Source of the DNA: an uncultured Heliobacteriaceae bacterium
GTDB taxonomy: Bacteria; Acidobacteriota; Blastocatellia; RBC074
Assembly: GCA_964631865.1 (NCBI GenBank)
Contig: CAZWAK010000004.1
Location: forward strand, 31,278 to 95,277
Reading direction: 5' to 3'
Length of the DNA: 64,000 nt
Positions 8,738-18,651 of the stretch are shown in pieces; the first letter of the stretch is position 1; each line of letters begins with the position of its first letter. The translations under genes and the position numbers were made by a program. The notes beneath the pieces were generated by a model that was given only the letters and a program-made list of their open reading frames with translations, was not told where the DNA came from and did no database searches.

Positions 8738-10165
8738 CTAGTTCTCCGCTAAGCGTCCCGGCTCGCGCACGCCTTTGCCCGTGCGATTCGTGAGCCTGTC
8801 GCCCAAATCGTCGCGCGCCTGTTCGGCCAACGCTTCGAGGCGTTTGACGATATCGGGATGTTTGTCGGCGACGTTGTTTTTCTCGCCGACATCCTGACTC
8901 AAATCGTAGAGTTCAAGACCCGCTTTGACGTTGCTGTATTTCACGGGGATGCCGTCTTTGGCTTTCGCTTGTGTGCCGAGTGTGCGATAGGTGTGCGGCA
9001 GAATCAGTTTCCATTGACCGCTGCGCACGGCTTGGAGTTCATTTGTCGCGTAGTAAAAGAAATACGCCGCGTGCGGATTCTTCGCCTTCGGCTTGCCTTC
9101 GAGCAACGGCCAAATATCCAAGCCGTCAATCTTGTGTTTCGGCAATTCCGCGTTGACGAGTTTGGCAATCGTCGGCAGCAAATCAATGGTCATCGCAGGT
9201 TGTTTCATCACACGACCCGCCGGGATGTTGCCCGGCCAGCGCGCAATGAACGGCACGCGCACGCCGCCTTCCCACGCCGTGCCTTTGCCTTCGCGCAAAC
9301 GTCCCGACGAACCCGCGTGCTCTCCATACGACAGCCACGGGCCGTTGTCCGAGGTGAAAATCACGAGCGTGTTTTCGTCGAGGTTGTGCTTCTTGAGCGT
9401 GTTCAGGATTTCCCCGACGCTCCAATCCACTTCCTGCACGACATCGCCGAACAAACCTGACTTTGATGAGCCTTTGAATTTCTCACCCACGAACAGCGGC
9501 ACGTGAACCATCGTGTGCGGGACATACAAAAAGAACGGCTTGTCTTTGTTGCGTTCGATGAAGCTGACCGCGCGTTCGGTGTATTGTCGCGTGAGTTGCG
9601 CCTGATCGGGCATCAACTGCACGACCTTATCGTTTTCAATCAGCGGCAAATCGGGGTACGTGCCGGGCTTGGCTTCCGGGTGCTTCGGCCACATATCGTT
9701 GGAGTAGGGAAGGCCGAAATATTCATCGAAGCCGTGCCGCGTGGGCAGGAATTGCGGATGATGACCGAGATGCCACTTGCCGTAAATCGCCGTGGCATAG
9801 CCTTTGGTTTTCAGCAGTTCAGCCATCGTGACTTCGTTGTCGTGGATGCCGTGTTTCGCGTTCGGCCCCAACGCGCCGTGCAAGCCCAACCGATTCGGAT
9901 AACAGCCCGTCAGCAAGGCCGTACGCGACGCCGTGCAAACCGCCTGCGCGACATAAAAGTCGGTAAAGCGAATGCCTTCTCTCGCCATCCGATTCAGGTT
10001 CGGCGTCTTGTAGCCTTTCGCGCCGAACGGCTCAATGTCGCCGTAGCCCATATCGTCAATGAAGATGATGACGACGTTGGGCAAGCGTTGTGCGAACGCG
10101 GGCAAACTCGTGGCGGCGATTGTGAGCAGGAGAAACAGGGAGCAGTGTAAGCGTTTCATAAGCAA
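8738..10165 (-). CDS. arylsulfatase A-like sulfatase
   Basis: IDDMGYGD, CTASRTALLTG (formylglycine motif), GKWHLGH, FTSDNGP; signal peptide. Confidence 0.95.
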   Translation of the reverse strand: MLMKRLHCSLFLLLTIAATSLPAFAQRLPNVVIIFIDDMGYGDIEPFGAKGYKTPNLNRMAREGIRFTDFYVAQAVCTASRTALLTGCYPNRLGLHGALGPNAKHGIHDNEVTMAELLKTKGYATAIYGKWHLGHHPQFLPTRHGFDEYFGLPYSNDMWPKHPEAKPGTYPDLPLIENDKVVQLMPDQAQLTRQYTERAVSFIERNKDKPFFLYVPHTMVHVPLFVGEKFKGSSKSGLFGDVVQEVDWSVGEILNTLKKHNLDENTLVIFTSDNGPWLSYGEHAGSSGRLREGKGTAWEGGVRVPFIARWPGNIPAGRVMKQPAMTIDLLPTIAKLVNAELPKHKIDGLDIWPLLEGKPKAKNPHAAYFFYYATNELQAVRSGQWKLILPHTYRTLGTQAKAKDGIPVKYSNVKAGLELYDLSQDVGEKNNVADKHPDIVKRLEALAEQARDDLGDRLTNRTGKGVREPGRLAEN

Positions 10166-10253
10166 TGACTCGTCAGTAAGCGTGTGCTAGAGTAAGACGG
10201 CTGCCAGCTTAGCGCAATGCCGCTAAATCACAAAGCTTGCCGCTTGAGGCGAA

Positions 10254-11069
10254 ATGGAACGAGAACTTGAAATCACCAAAACCATTGCCCGCGAGGCCGG
10301 GCGCATTCTGTTGGACATTTACAGCGGCGACCACAACGTTGAATGGAAAGGCTACGACGATCCGGTCACGGCTGCCGATCACGCGGCGAACAAATTCATC
10401 GTGGCCGAACTGTGCCGATATTTCCCCGACGACGGCATCTTGTCGGAGGAAGCGACCGACGATCAAGCGCGCTTGAGCAAAGCCCGCGTGTGGCTCGTTG
10501 ACCCGATGGATGGCACGAAACAATTCATCGAACGCATCGGCGAATTCGCGGTGATGATCGGCCTGGCGGTGAACGGCAAACCCGAACTCGGCGTTGTTTT
10601 CAATCCGACGACGAACAAAATGTATTACGCCACAACGAGCCTCGGCGCGTATTTGGAAGAGCCGTTGACGACGAAACGTTTGCACGTGTCCACGACCACT
10701 GATCCCGCGAAACTGGTCGCCGCGATGAGCCGTTCGCATCATTCGCCCAAAGTGAATGCGATCAAACAGCGCCTCGGCATTTCGCAACAAATTCAATCGG
10801 GCAGCGTCGGGCTGAAGGTCGGTTTGTTAGCCGAAGGCCACGCCCACGTGTACGTGCATCTCGGCGCGAAGACCAATCAATGGGACACGTGTGCGCCGCA
10901 AGTCATCCTCGAAGCCGCTGGTGGCAGGATGACAGATCGTGACGGGCAGCCGTTGCAATACAACATCGCCGAGATTCGGAACTTGAACGGCGTCGTGGCC
11001 AGCAATGGTGTGCTGCACGAGCGTGTGATCGAAGAGACGCAACAAGTCTTGCGCCCGTCAGGACGTTGA
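10254..11069 (+). CDS. cysQ: 3'(2'),5'-bisphosphate nucleotidase / inositol monophosphatase family
   Basis: PVTAAD, ILSEE, WLVDPMDGT, QWDTCA motifs. Confidence 0.8.
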   Translation: MERELEITKTIAREAGRILLDIYSGDHNVEWKGYDDPVTAADHAANKFIVAELCRYFPDDGILSEEATDDQARLSKARVWLVDPMDGTKQFIERIGEFAVMIGLAVNGKPELGVVFNPTTNKMYYATTSLGAYLEEPLTTKRLHVSTTTDPAKLVAAMSRSHHSPKVNAIKQRLGISQQIQSGSVGLKVGLLAEGHAHVYVHLGAKTNQWDTCAPQVILEAAGGRMTDRDGQPLQYNIAEIRNLNGVVASNGVLHERVIEETQQVLRPSGR

Positions 11070-11106
11070 TTTCGGGCTATGCTAGAATGCGCGCGGAGGT
11101 ATCGTT

Positions 11107-11301
11107 ATGGAAGACACCATCAAAAATCTATTGGCATTAGAACCTGCTTCTGACGATCCGGCAGAGTATCAAAAGTTAGCTGAACTGTACTTCGCGGAGA
11201 TGCGGCGGATGAACGAAAAAATGGCGCAAGACCGCGAGGAATCAGCGCGCTTGAGCCTGGAAATCCGGTCAATGCTCGACCAGCTAAAAAAGGCGGCGTG
11301 A
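11107..11301 (+). CDS. small hypothetical protein (helical)
   Basis: GGAGG RBS; abuts the next ORF (TGA ATG). Confidence 0.65.
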   Translation: MEDTIKNLLALEPASDDPAEYQKLAELYFAEMRRMNEKMAQDREESARLSLEIRSMLDQLKKAA

Positions 11302-11556
11302 ATGTGGAAAGGCTTATTTGATCTCATCAGGCAAATGTTTACCCTCACCGATGCCGTACAAAAAACACAAAGTGATGTCACACAAATCAAACAGGATTTG
11401 CGCGAGTTGACCTTGACGGTGGTTCGTCAAGGCTTTGAAATTCAGATGATGCGGGAGCGCGAAGCTCACGAACGCGAAAAGCAAGAACTGCGCCGGGAAA
11501 TCGAACAACTGCGCTCGCAACTTGCACTCCCGCCTGCCCCTGATGACAAAAAATGA
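11302..11556 (+). CDS. small hypothetical coiled-coil protein
   Basis: 84-aa ORF starting immediately after the previous stop; heptad-like E/R/Q/L content. Confidence 0.65.
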   Translation: MWKGLFDLIRQMFTLTDAVQKTQSDVTQIKQDLRELTLTVVRQGFEIQMMREREAHEREKQELRREIEQLRSQLALPPAPDDKK

Positions 11557-11562
11557 CTTTGA

Positions 11563-12747
11563 ATGTTTGATTACCCCAACCATCAGCCATTGATTGCCGA
11601 ACTTCATCGCTTTCAAACCAAAACAGAATTGCTCGCTTCTGACGAGTATGAAACGCATCGTGCATACCTGACCGAACTCTTTCGCACACCGCACATCTTC
11701 ACTGCCGAAAACGCGCGCCCACATCTCAACAACTTTTTGCGCATCGCGCATTGGAACATCGAGAAAGGCAAATATCTCGACGACGTGATCGCCGCCTTTC
11801 AGCAGCATCCGATTTTGCGCGCGGCGGATTTGCTCTCGATCAACGAAGCCGATGTGGGGATGAATCGTTCGGCCCGAGCGTTTGTCGCGCGCGAGTTGGG
11901 CGCGGCGTTGGGAATGCACGTGGCGTTTGCGCCGTGTTATTTGGAATTCTCGAAAGGCTATGGCGACGATTTGACGATGCCGGGCGAAAACACGGTGGCG
12001 CTGCAAGGCAATGCGATCTTGTCGCGCTATGAATTGCACAATCCGCGCGTGATCGAATTGCCGCTCTGCTATGACCACTTCGAGCACGCGGAAAAGCGCA
12101 TCGGCAATCGCAACGCGCTCGCAGTCGAAATTGAATGCAATGGCCAGCGCCTGAGTTTCGTCACAACGCATCTCGAAGTGCGCAATGCGCCGTCGTGTCG
12201 CGCCCAACAAATCGCGGCGATCATCGCTGCGCTGGAAACACCGGACGCGCCAAACGCGGCCATCATTGCGGGCGATTTCAATAGCAACACGTTTGCGCGC
12301 GGCGGGATGTGGCGCACGTTGGGTGGATTGTTGCGCCTGATGTTTTCGGAGACAGACGTGTTGCGGAGAGCAATTGCCGCACCACAAGCGCGCGAGCCAT
12401 TGTTTGCGCTGCTCAAGCGTCGCGGCTTCACCGACGCGGGCTTCAATAGCGACGATGTGACCTGTTACGTGCCGCTCAGGATTTTGGAAGATCGCGGCAA
12501 GCTCCCGCGCTTGCTGACGGCTGCCATCAATCGGCAAATGGCGCGCTACAACGGGCAACTGGATTTTCGCCTGGATTGGATGGTGGGGCGCGGGGTCAAG
12601 CCGCTCGGCGCACACGAGGTGATAGATGCGGTGACAAACACTGCCAGCCTGCCACCGCAAACGATAGCAGGTTGGCGCAATGCGCATGGTAGGGCAATCA
12701 CCGACCACGATCCGATTACTGTTGATGTGCAACTTGCTCCGCTGTAA
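11563..12747 (+). CDS. endonuclease/exonuclease/phosphatase (EEP) family protein
   Basis: HWNIEKG, INEAD, GNAILSR, THLE, AGDFN, LDW, TDHDPI motifs. Confidence 0.9.
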   Translation: MFDYPNHQPLIAELHRFQTKTELLASDEYETHRAYLTELFRTPHIFTAENARPHLNNFLRIAHWNIEKGKYLDDVIAAFQQHPILRAADLLSINEADVGMNRSARAFVARELGAALGMHVAFAPCYLEFSKGYGDDLTMPGENTVALQGNAILSRYELHNPRVIELPLCYDHFEHAEKRIGNRNALAVEIECNGQRLSFVTTHLEVRNAPSCRAQQIAAIIAALETPDAPNAAIIAGDFNSNTFARGGMWRTLGGLLRLMFSETDVLRRAIAAPQAREPLFALLKRRGFTDAGFNSDDVTCYVPLRILEDRGKLPRLLTAAINRQMARYNGQLDFRLDWMVGRGVKPLGAHEVIDAVTNTASLPPQTIAGWRNAHGRAITDHDPITVDVQLAPL

Positions 12748-12768
12748 TTGCACGCTGCCGAGCGCAGG

Positions 12769-14463
12769 CTATTGAATCGTTATAGCTTGATGTAGCGTGG
12801 CACTACGACCATCCGGGTTGATGACCGTCAGGTCATACGTGCCGGGAGTGGCAAAAGGCGGTATTTCGACAAAGACCCGAAGGTTTGTTTCTGTACCGGA
12901 AGCGGTATAAAACGGGATGATGCCGGAACCGCCGAAGTAGACGCTGGCTTGAGGCGAGAAGCCTGCGCCGACAATGTCCAGAATTTCCGAAGTGCCAACA
13001 AACAGATACGAAGGGGAGACATAATCCACTCGGAGTTGCGGCAGCAGGATTTGTACGCTCGCGGTTGCTGTGGCAGACCCGCCGTGCCCATCATTGACAG
13101 ACAAGACAATCGTGTGCGCACCGAGGCCCAGCTTTACGCTCAACGCGGCTCCTTGCCCAACGACCTGCCCTGCCACGCTCCATGTGTACGTCAGAGGATC
13201 GTTGTCGGGATCGGTTGACGCCGTGCCGTTGAGTTGCACGACGGCTCCCTCGGCGTCAGTGGCCTCGATAGTCGCAGGCAAGGGCGCAATCACTGCGGTT
13301 GGAGGCCGGTTGCTGTTGTTTTGCTCCAGCAGTTCACGCAGGAACGCAAAGCGCGCGTCGGCCCAGGCAGGGAGTTCGGTTTGATATACATAATCGTACC
13401 ACTCCGCGCCTAACGGCAATTGCGGCGAGGCCAGCAGCGTGTCGCGCACCTGCGCATACTTGGCCGCTACCGCCGCTTTCAAAACGCTGGGTTCGAGCAG
13501 CGGCAGCAATTCGCGCAGATACGAACGATACAGCGGGCCGTATTCGGGGTCGTTCACGAGTTCGGTGAAATGCCGCTGCGTGTCGCCCTCGGTGTAAATC
13601 GTCTGAAACGGATTGAAGTACGTGCCGCCGTTCGAGTCAATGGTGTTGTCCATATCGTCGGCCATAAACCAGATTCGTTTGCTGGCGGTCTCCTGCACGA
13701 AGTTGTAGTTGTAGGGGAAGCTCGGATAGTTATCGTTGCTGCCGAGCAGTTGCACGACGGCAGTGGAATACAGAAACGATGGGATTTGCAAATACTGCTG
13801 CGTCTGTGCAGGCGCGTAGATATTGCAAAAGCCATCTATTTCATCTGTGCCGATTCTTCCATAACAACCGCTTTCGTAGATCGTGATTTGGCGCGTGCCG
13901 AGTTGGGGTTCGAGCAAATCTCTGTTCACGTCTTCGAGCAACGTTTGCACGTGATACAACTCGCCGTTGAAATAAACCGCGACGATGTTGGATTTCTTGC
14001 GCAAGACTTTGATGTCGGGGCGACGCTGCGCGGCCTGCTCCATCGTCCGCCACGCCATCCATTCGTGCAGTGTGTAGCAATTGCCGCGATCCGTTTCAAA
14101 CCGGTCGGCGACATAGCCATCAGGGAAGGTGATTTTGCTGGCGAAATCCAACCGAAACTGCCGCTTGTCTCCGCACAGCGACGAATTGCCCAACCGTTGG
14201 CGAATCGTGCCGGTGTAGGTTTGGCCTTGATAGACGAACGTGATCGGCACTCTGGCGGTGCTGCCTGCTTCGAGTACCGCCGCCAAATCGTTCGGGTCAA
14301 TCGTGATGTGAAACTGCGGAAAGTAATCGTCGCGCCAAGTGGTGGGCGATTGTGTTTGCGCGTGCGCGGAAAAAATGGTGAGGATCAAAAAAAAGATTGT
14401 GGTTACGAGACGACTTGGCCAAAAACGCCTGCTCGGCGCTCCGCCAAAGAGATCGCGAATCAT
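12769..14463 (-). CDS. secreted CotH-kinase-like protein with C-terminal PKD and IPT/Ig-like domains
   Basis: signal peptide; KRQFRLDF, VYFNGE, DNY..NY, DMDNT motifs; NRPPTA..LNGTASTDPDNDPLTYTW (PKD); PGTYDLTVINPDG (IPT). Confidence 0.7.
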   Translation of the reverse strand: MIRDLFGGAPSRRFWPSRLVTTIFFLILTIFSAHAQTQSPTTWRDDYFPQFHITIDPNDLAAVLEAGSTARVPITFVYQGQTYTGTIRQRLGNSSLCGDKRQFRLDFASKITFPDGYVADRFETDRGNCYTLHEWMAWRTMEQAAQRRPDIKVLRKKSNIVAVYFNGELYHVQTLLEDVNRDLLEPQLGTRQITIYESGCYGRIGTDEIDGFCNIYAPAQTQQYLQIPSFLYSTAVVQLLGSNDNYPSFPYNYNFVQETASKRIWFMADDMDNTIDSNGGTYFNPFQTIYTEGDTQRHFTELVNDPEYGPLYRSYLRELLPLLEPSVLKAAVAAKYAQVRDTLLASPQLPLGAEWYDYVYQTELPAWADARFAFLRELLEQNNSNRPPTAVIAPLPATIEATDAEGAVVQLNGTASTDPDNDPLTYTWSVAGQVVGQGAALSVKLGLGAHTIVLSVNDGHGGSATATASVQILLPQLRVDYVSPSYLFVGTSEILDIVGAGFSPQASVYFGGSGIIPFYTASGTETNLRVFVEIPPFATPGTYDLTVINPDGRSATLHQAITIQ

Positions 14464-14600
14464 TTTGTGCTCCTATAGATTGTAAAGATGATTGCCGGCT
14501 TTTGGGGAGATAAGTCGGAAGCCCCGCGTTTAGAAATTCCCCCAAACGCACAGTTAAAGACGACGAGCGTTGAGGAACGGTTGCAAAAAGTAAAAGTGGG

Positions 14601-14710
14601 GTAGCGCGATTTGGCAAATCGCGCCACATTTTCTGAGTGATCCGCGTTGGCAAAGTGCGTGAGCGCCGCTGTGGTAGCGCGATTTGGCAAATCGCGCCAC
14701 ATTTTCTGAG
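14601..14710. repeat. two direct copies of a REP-like hairpin GTAGCGCGATTTGGCAAATCGCGCCAC followed by ATTTTCTGAG
   Basis: identical 37-mers at 14601-14637 and 14674-14710. Confidence 0.9.
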
Positions 14711-14722
14711 GCAGGGGCCCAT

Positions 14723-15817
14723 TCAAACGCCTTTGCGTTTGGCGCGGGCGCGTTGTTCGGCAAGTTTCGTGAGCTTCTTCCACTTCTTTTGTTCCTGCCG
14801 TCGCGCCAAATCGTCTTGTCGTAACGCGAGATGATGCACTTCTTTTTGCAGCTTGTGGTAGTTTTCCAATCGCTCGGTGGCGAGCGTTCCGTTTTCCAAT
14901 GCCGCCTGCACAGCACAACGCGGCTCGCTCTGGTGCTGACAATCGCCGAAGAAACATTGCGCGGCCAACGCTTCGATGTCCTCGAACGTCGTTTCGATTC
15001 CGCTTTCGACCTCCCACAATTGCAACTCGCGCATGCCGGGCGTGTCGAGCACCAAGCCACCTTGCGGCAGCAAAATCAATTCGCGGTGGCGCGTCGCGTG
15101 TTGTCCGCGATCATCGTGCGCGCGCACTTCCTTGACTGCCTGTCGCTCGAAGCCCAACAGATGATTGATGAGTGTGGATTTGCCAACGCCGGACATGCCG
15201 ATCAACGCAATCGTTTGCCCGGCGCAACAGTACGAGTGCAATTCGTCGAGTCCCTGCATCGTTTTGACGCTGACGATATGCAGCGGAACGTGCTGCGCCG
15301 CCGTTTGTAACGCTGCCACGCGCGTTTTGATCTCTGCTTCGTCCGGGCACAAATCCGCTTTGCTCAGCACAATCACAGGCCGCGCGCCGCTGTCCCAAAT
15401 CGTTGTCAAATACCGCTCGACTCTCCGCGCATTGAAATCCTGATTGAGCGACGTGACGAGAAAAATCGTGTCCACATTCGCGCCGACGATTTGCGCTTCC
15501 GTTTTCGCGCCCGCCGCTTTGCGCGCAAATTTACTTTGGCGCGGCAGTACGGCTTGAATGCGCGCTTTGTCTTCCGCAGGACGCAACCGCAGCGCGACCC
15601 AATCGCCGACCGCAGGCATATCTTCGGTGCTGACGGCTTCGTAGCGCAGTTTGCCCGCCGCTTCAGCCATCACTTCGCCATCGGCGGTGTAGACGCGATA
15701 GAGATGTTGATTTTGAAACGACACACGACCGGGCAGATATTCGTGCGCGAGGAACGGCTGAAAATGCTGCGCAAAATGCTCGTTCCAACCGAATTGCAGT
15801 AACACTTCAAAATTCAT
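14723..15817 (-). CDS. rsgA: ribosome small subunit-dependent GTPase A
   Basis: circularly permuted GTPase: SKADL, GMSGVGKSTLIN, DTPGMRE; C-terminal CFFGDCQHQSEPRC zinc site; start placed at MNFEV. Confidence 0.92.
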   Translation of the reverse strand: MNFEVLLQFGWNEHFAQHFQPFLAHEYLPGRVSFQNQHLYRVYTADGEVMAEAAGKLRYEAVSTEDMPAVGDWVALRLRPAEDKARIQAVLPRQSKFARKAAGAKTEAQIVGANVDTIFLVTSLNQDFNARRVERYLTTIWDSGARPVIVLSKADLCPDEAEIKTRVAALQTAAQHVPLHIVSVKTMQGLDELHSYCCAGQTIALIGMSGVGKSTLINHLLGFERQAVKEVRAHDDRGQHATRHRELILLPQGGLVLDTPGMRELQLWEVESGIETTFEDIEALAAQCFFGDCQHQSEPRCAVQAALENGTLATERLENYHKLQKEVHHLALRQDDLARRQEQKKWKKLTKLAEQRARAKRKGV

Positions 15818-15867
15818 GTCTGCTCGCTCAATACTCGATAAAAGTTTTATCGTAGTGAATTCCGCGA

Positions 15868-15943
15868 CATTCTTCATTCTCGATTCTGGATTCTTCATTC
15901 TTGGGTAGAAGAATTGAGAATCCAGAATCGAGAATGAAGAATG
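15868..15943. repeat. heptamer-arm palindrome (ATTCTNN / NNAGAAT)
   Basis: perfect 27-bp inverted repeat 15868-15894 / 15917-15943. Confidence 0.92.
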
Positions 15944-15985
15944 AAACCAATGAGCCTTCCTTGAAAACTTATCTTTACAAAGCAC

Positions 15986-17470
15986 TCAATGCCCCAGTTG
16001 CGCCAAAACCGTGTTTTGTTTGAGCGACACGCTCTTGCTGATGCTCAGGCGCGGCGATCCCGAAGCGGTTTGAACTTCCAGCCCGTACGATTTTACGAGT
16101 TGGGCCAATTCAATGTTTTGCGTGCCTTCGACGTAGGCGCGAATGAACTTCTCAAACTTCCCGGCCTTGCGCATCGTGGCCAGCACTTCGCGGTTGCCGA
16201 GGTCGCGTTGCCGATAGTTCCAATACAATTCGCGCAGCACATCCATCACGTTCTGACGGCTCTCGCTTTGCGTGCGCAGTTCCAAATCATACAGCGCGGC
16301 CACCAACGTGCCTTTGCCATAGACCAGATCATAATTCGCCGCGTTGGCAAACTTGCTCTGCGACGCTGCGAGCAGCGACACCTGTTTGCGCAACGGATTG
16401 GCGGCGTAGGTTCCATACTCGAACCCGATTTCGTCCAGGTAGTCGCGCAACGTAATGAAGCGCAGTTGATTCAACGTCAGCAAGGCGACATAGCGCGCCG
16501 TGCCTTCCCAAAACCAATCGAAGTTCTCGCGCGCCTGAAACGCTTCGGGCAAATAAAAGTGAAACAACTCGTGCGCCAGATGTTTTTGATACAGCGCCAG
16601 CGTGCGCCGCGAATCCGCATCCGGATTGAGCATCATCACGATGCTGCGCCCGCGTGTCAGCGCCGAAGAGCGCAGCCCCGTGAGCGGAACCGGAAACGGC
16701 GCGAGCGTCACCAAAAAATCACCGACTTCGCGGCTGCCGATCATCGTGGCCTGTTGTCGCGCGATGGCTTCGACCAGCAGATTGACTTGCACATCGGACA
16801 GGCTCACGTCGCCGGCCAGCGCCACTTGCAGTCTCATCTGTTCGACGTTGATGTTTTGGGTGCGCAATGGGCCGAAGAAAAAAACGGCGCGCTCGACATT
16901 CGCTACATCGTACGCCCCAAATTTTTCCGGCTCGGTCGTGGCCACTTGCCATTCGTCGGGCAATTGGAATTTCAAGCGCACGGCAGAGGATTCGCACGTG
17001 ACTTGATTGACTCCGCAAAGACTCGGCAGCGCGTCCGACAACAGCAGCAAGCCAAACTGCGGGCTGAGACTGGAGGTCAAAGCATATTTGCTCGGATCGC
17101 GCGCGACGCCATTGATTGCGCCGAGCCGCAATTCGTACTCCAATGTGAGGCGCGGCGCAGCGTTCGGATTGACGCGGTAGACGCCGCTGCCCAGAATTTC
17201 CGGCAACAGCCGTTGCCCGTTCGCGTCTGTGATGCGAATGCGGTAGAGCCGCTGGCTCAAGCCGTCGAGTCCGGCAAAACGCTCCACAAAACGCAATTCC
17301 ACTTTGCCCGTCGTCGAGAAATCGGACACAGCGCAACTGACTTTGACGGAACGTTCCGCCGGAGCCGTCGCCGCGATTTGACAGAACATCGTGGCAGCGA
17401 AATTGGGTGCGGAAAAAAGAAGAAGGGCGCTACAAAAAAACAACCACCGGCCACCCCAGACGTTCGGCAT
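15986..17470 (-). CDS. secreted M61/gluzincin-like metallopeptidase
   Basis: AHELFH (HExxH), WFWEGTARY, VYGKG motifs; start ATG overlaps the upstream stop (TGATG). Confidence 0.8.
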   Translation of the reverse strand: MPNVWGGRWLFFCSALLLFSAPNFAATMFCQIAATAPAERSVKVSCAVSDFSTTGKVELRFVERFAGLDGLSQRLYRIRITDANGQRLLPEILGSGVYRVNPNAAPRLTLEYELRLGAINGVARDPSKYALTSSLSPQFGLLLLSDALPSLCGVNQVTCESSAVRLKFQLPDEWQVATTEPEKFGAYDVANVERAVFFFGPLRTQNINVEQMRLQVALAGDVSLSDVQVNLLVEAIARQQATMIGSREVGDFLVTLAPFPVPLTGLRSSALTRGRSIVMMLNPDADSRRTLALYQKHLAHELFHFYLPEAFQARENFDWFWEGTARYVALLTLNQLRFITLRDYLDEIGFEYGTYAANPLRKQVSLLAASQSKFANAANYDLVYGKGTLVAALYDLELRTQSESRQNVMDVLRELYWNYRQRDLGNREVLATMRKAGKFEKFIRAYVEGTQNIELAQLVKSYGLEVQTASGSPRLSISKSVSLKQNTVLAQLGH

Positions 17471-18252
17471 CACCAGTCCTCCAATCGCAAATTGACAACG
17501 TACATCGTGTCCACAATCAACACTGCGATGGGGGGATAAAATAACGCGCTGAAGAAGCCATCCAGCAAAGTGGTTTCGCCCATCAGCGTGTGCGTAAAAT
17601 CTTCGGCCAGCAAGCCTAGCAAAAAGCCCAGTCCTAAAGAAGCCAGATACCCGCCCACCACAAACCACGCGGCAAAGAGGCGGGTGAACGGCTTCTTCTG
17701 CCTGGCTGACCGCGTCACAGACATCATTTCCTGCTGATAGGTGTAATGATCGAAGTGGCGTTTGAGCGTCAAGGCGAGGTGAAAGATGCTGCCGGCGAAC
17801 AACAGTATCAGCACCACGTACCAAAACGGATTGGTCGTTTCGACAATGCCGGGCTTGAACATTGCGACCGCGAATGTCGAGATGAACAGCGTCACGGTCG
17901 TAAACACCGCGTGTCCGCGCGCTTTGGTTTCGGCGCGCTCTTTGGCCAGCCATTCGTTGACGGCACGGTCGGCTTGCGCTTGATAATACGCCCGCCGCGC
18001 GGCGCGTGCCGATTGTTGTGCGCGTTGCACTTTGGCGCGGTCTGCGGTCACGCCTTCGCAGTCATAGAGCTTGCGTCGTTGCGGATCACTCAGGATGTGA
18101 TAGGCGTCCGTGACGCGGGCAAAGCGACGCGCCGAAGCAGGATCAGGATTGACATCAGGGTGATATTTACGCGCCAAGCGGCGATAGGCGGATTTGATTT
18201 CAGTTGGGCTGGCGGTGCGTTGGACGCCCAGCATACGGTATAAATCAGCCAC
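17470..18252 (-). CDS. DnaJ (J-domain) membrane protein
   Basis: YRMLGV..EIKSAYRRLARKYHPD; four C-terminal hydrophobic helices; GTG start with GAGG RBS. Confidence 0.85.
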   Translation of the reverse strand: MADLYRMLGVQRTASPTEIKSAYRRLARKYHPDVNPDPASARRFARVTDAYHILSDPQRRKLYDCEGVTADRAKVQRAQQSARAARRAYYQAQADRAVNEWLAKERAETKARGHAVFTTVTLFISTFAVAMFKPGIVETTNPFWYVVLILLFAGSIFHLALTLKRHFDHYTYQQEMMSVTRSARQKKPFTRLFAAWFVVGGYLASLGLGFLLGLLAEDFTHTLMGETTLLDGFFSALFYPPIAVLIVDTMYVVNLRLEDW

Positions 18253-18447
18253 GTGCGCAACCTCAGAAAAACGACTCAAAACCTTCAGCAGAAACCCGTG
18301 CCGCAGTCCATCGGGGAGGAGTGGAATGAATATCAAGACGGGTCACGGGACGCGCTCTATTGTACGATTTCTGAATGCGGTTGCAAGATGAATGTTGAGG
18401 AAGGCTGACAAAGTGATGGCAAAAGAATGTGCGACCGATGCGCGCCC

Positions 18448-18501
18448 TAAAAGATAACGCCCGTGACCGCGTTCCCCTCACGAATGACCCGGTCACGGGC
18501 G
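18448..18501 (-). terminator. possible intrinsic terminator or structured RNA
   Basis: 12-bp perfect stem CGCCCGTGACCG/CGGTCACGGGCG followed on the - strand by TTATCTTTT. Confidence 0.45.
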
Positions 18502-18651
18502 ACCAGCGGAGACTTGCTGATTCTTCCCGCAAGCCCGCATGCGACTACTCCCAACTCACCTCTCGTCACCCTCATCACTGCTTATATCGCAGGTTGCGGG
18601 GAGGATATTCCCGGCCTCTTTGAAACACGGGGAAATAGTGTAAGGAGGTTT

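Noticed and set aside
11314-12753. Long antisense ORFs (e.g. 11314..12753 -, 15989..17539 +, 20962..22281 +, 52257..53627 +, 62118..63095 -)
   Set aside because: Shadows of well-supported genes on the opposite strand in GC-rich DNA; no motifs.
14601-14710. Two identical 37-bp repeats with a 36-bp spacer, superficially CRISPR-like
   Set aside because: Only two units, no cas genes, and the same hairpin is dispersed at five other sites, so it is a REP-like repeat.
15818-15985. N-terminal extensions in the ORF track for rsgA, cinA, the PilH-like gene, the aminotransferase and the porin
   Set aside because: Most translate intergenic repeats or leaders (e.g. SILDSQF, DHRPPTTDNR, AICQIAL); downstream starts fit family N-termini or RBSs better.
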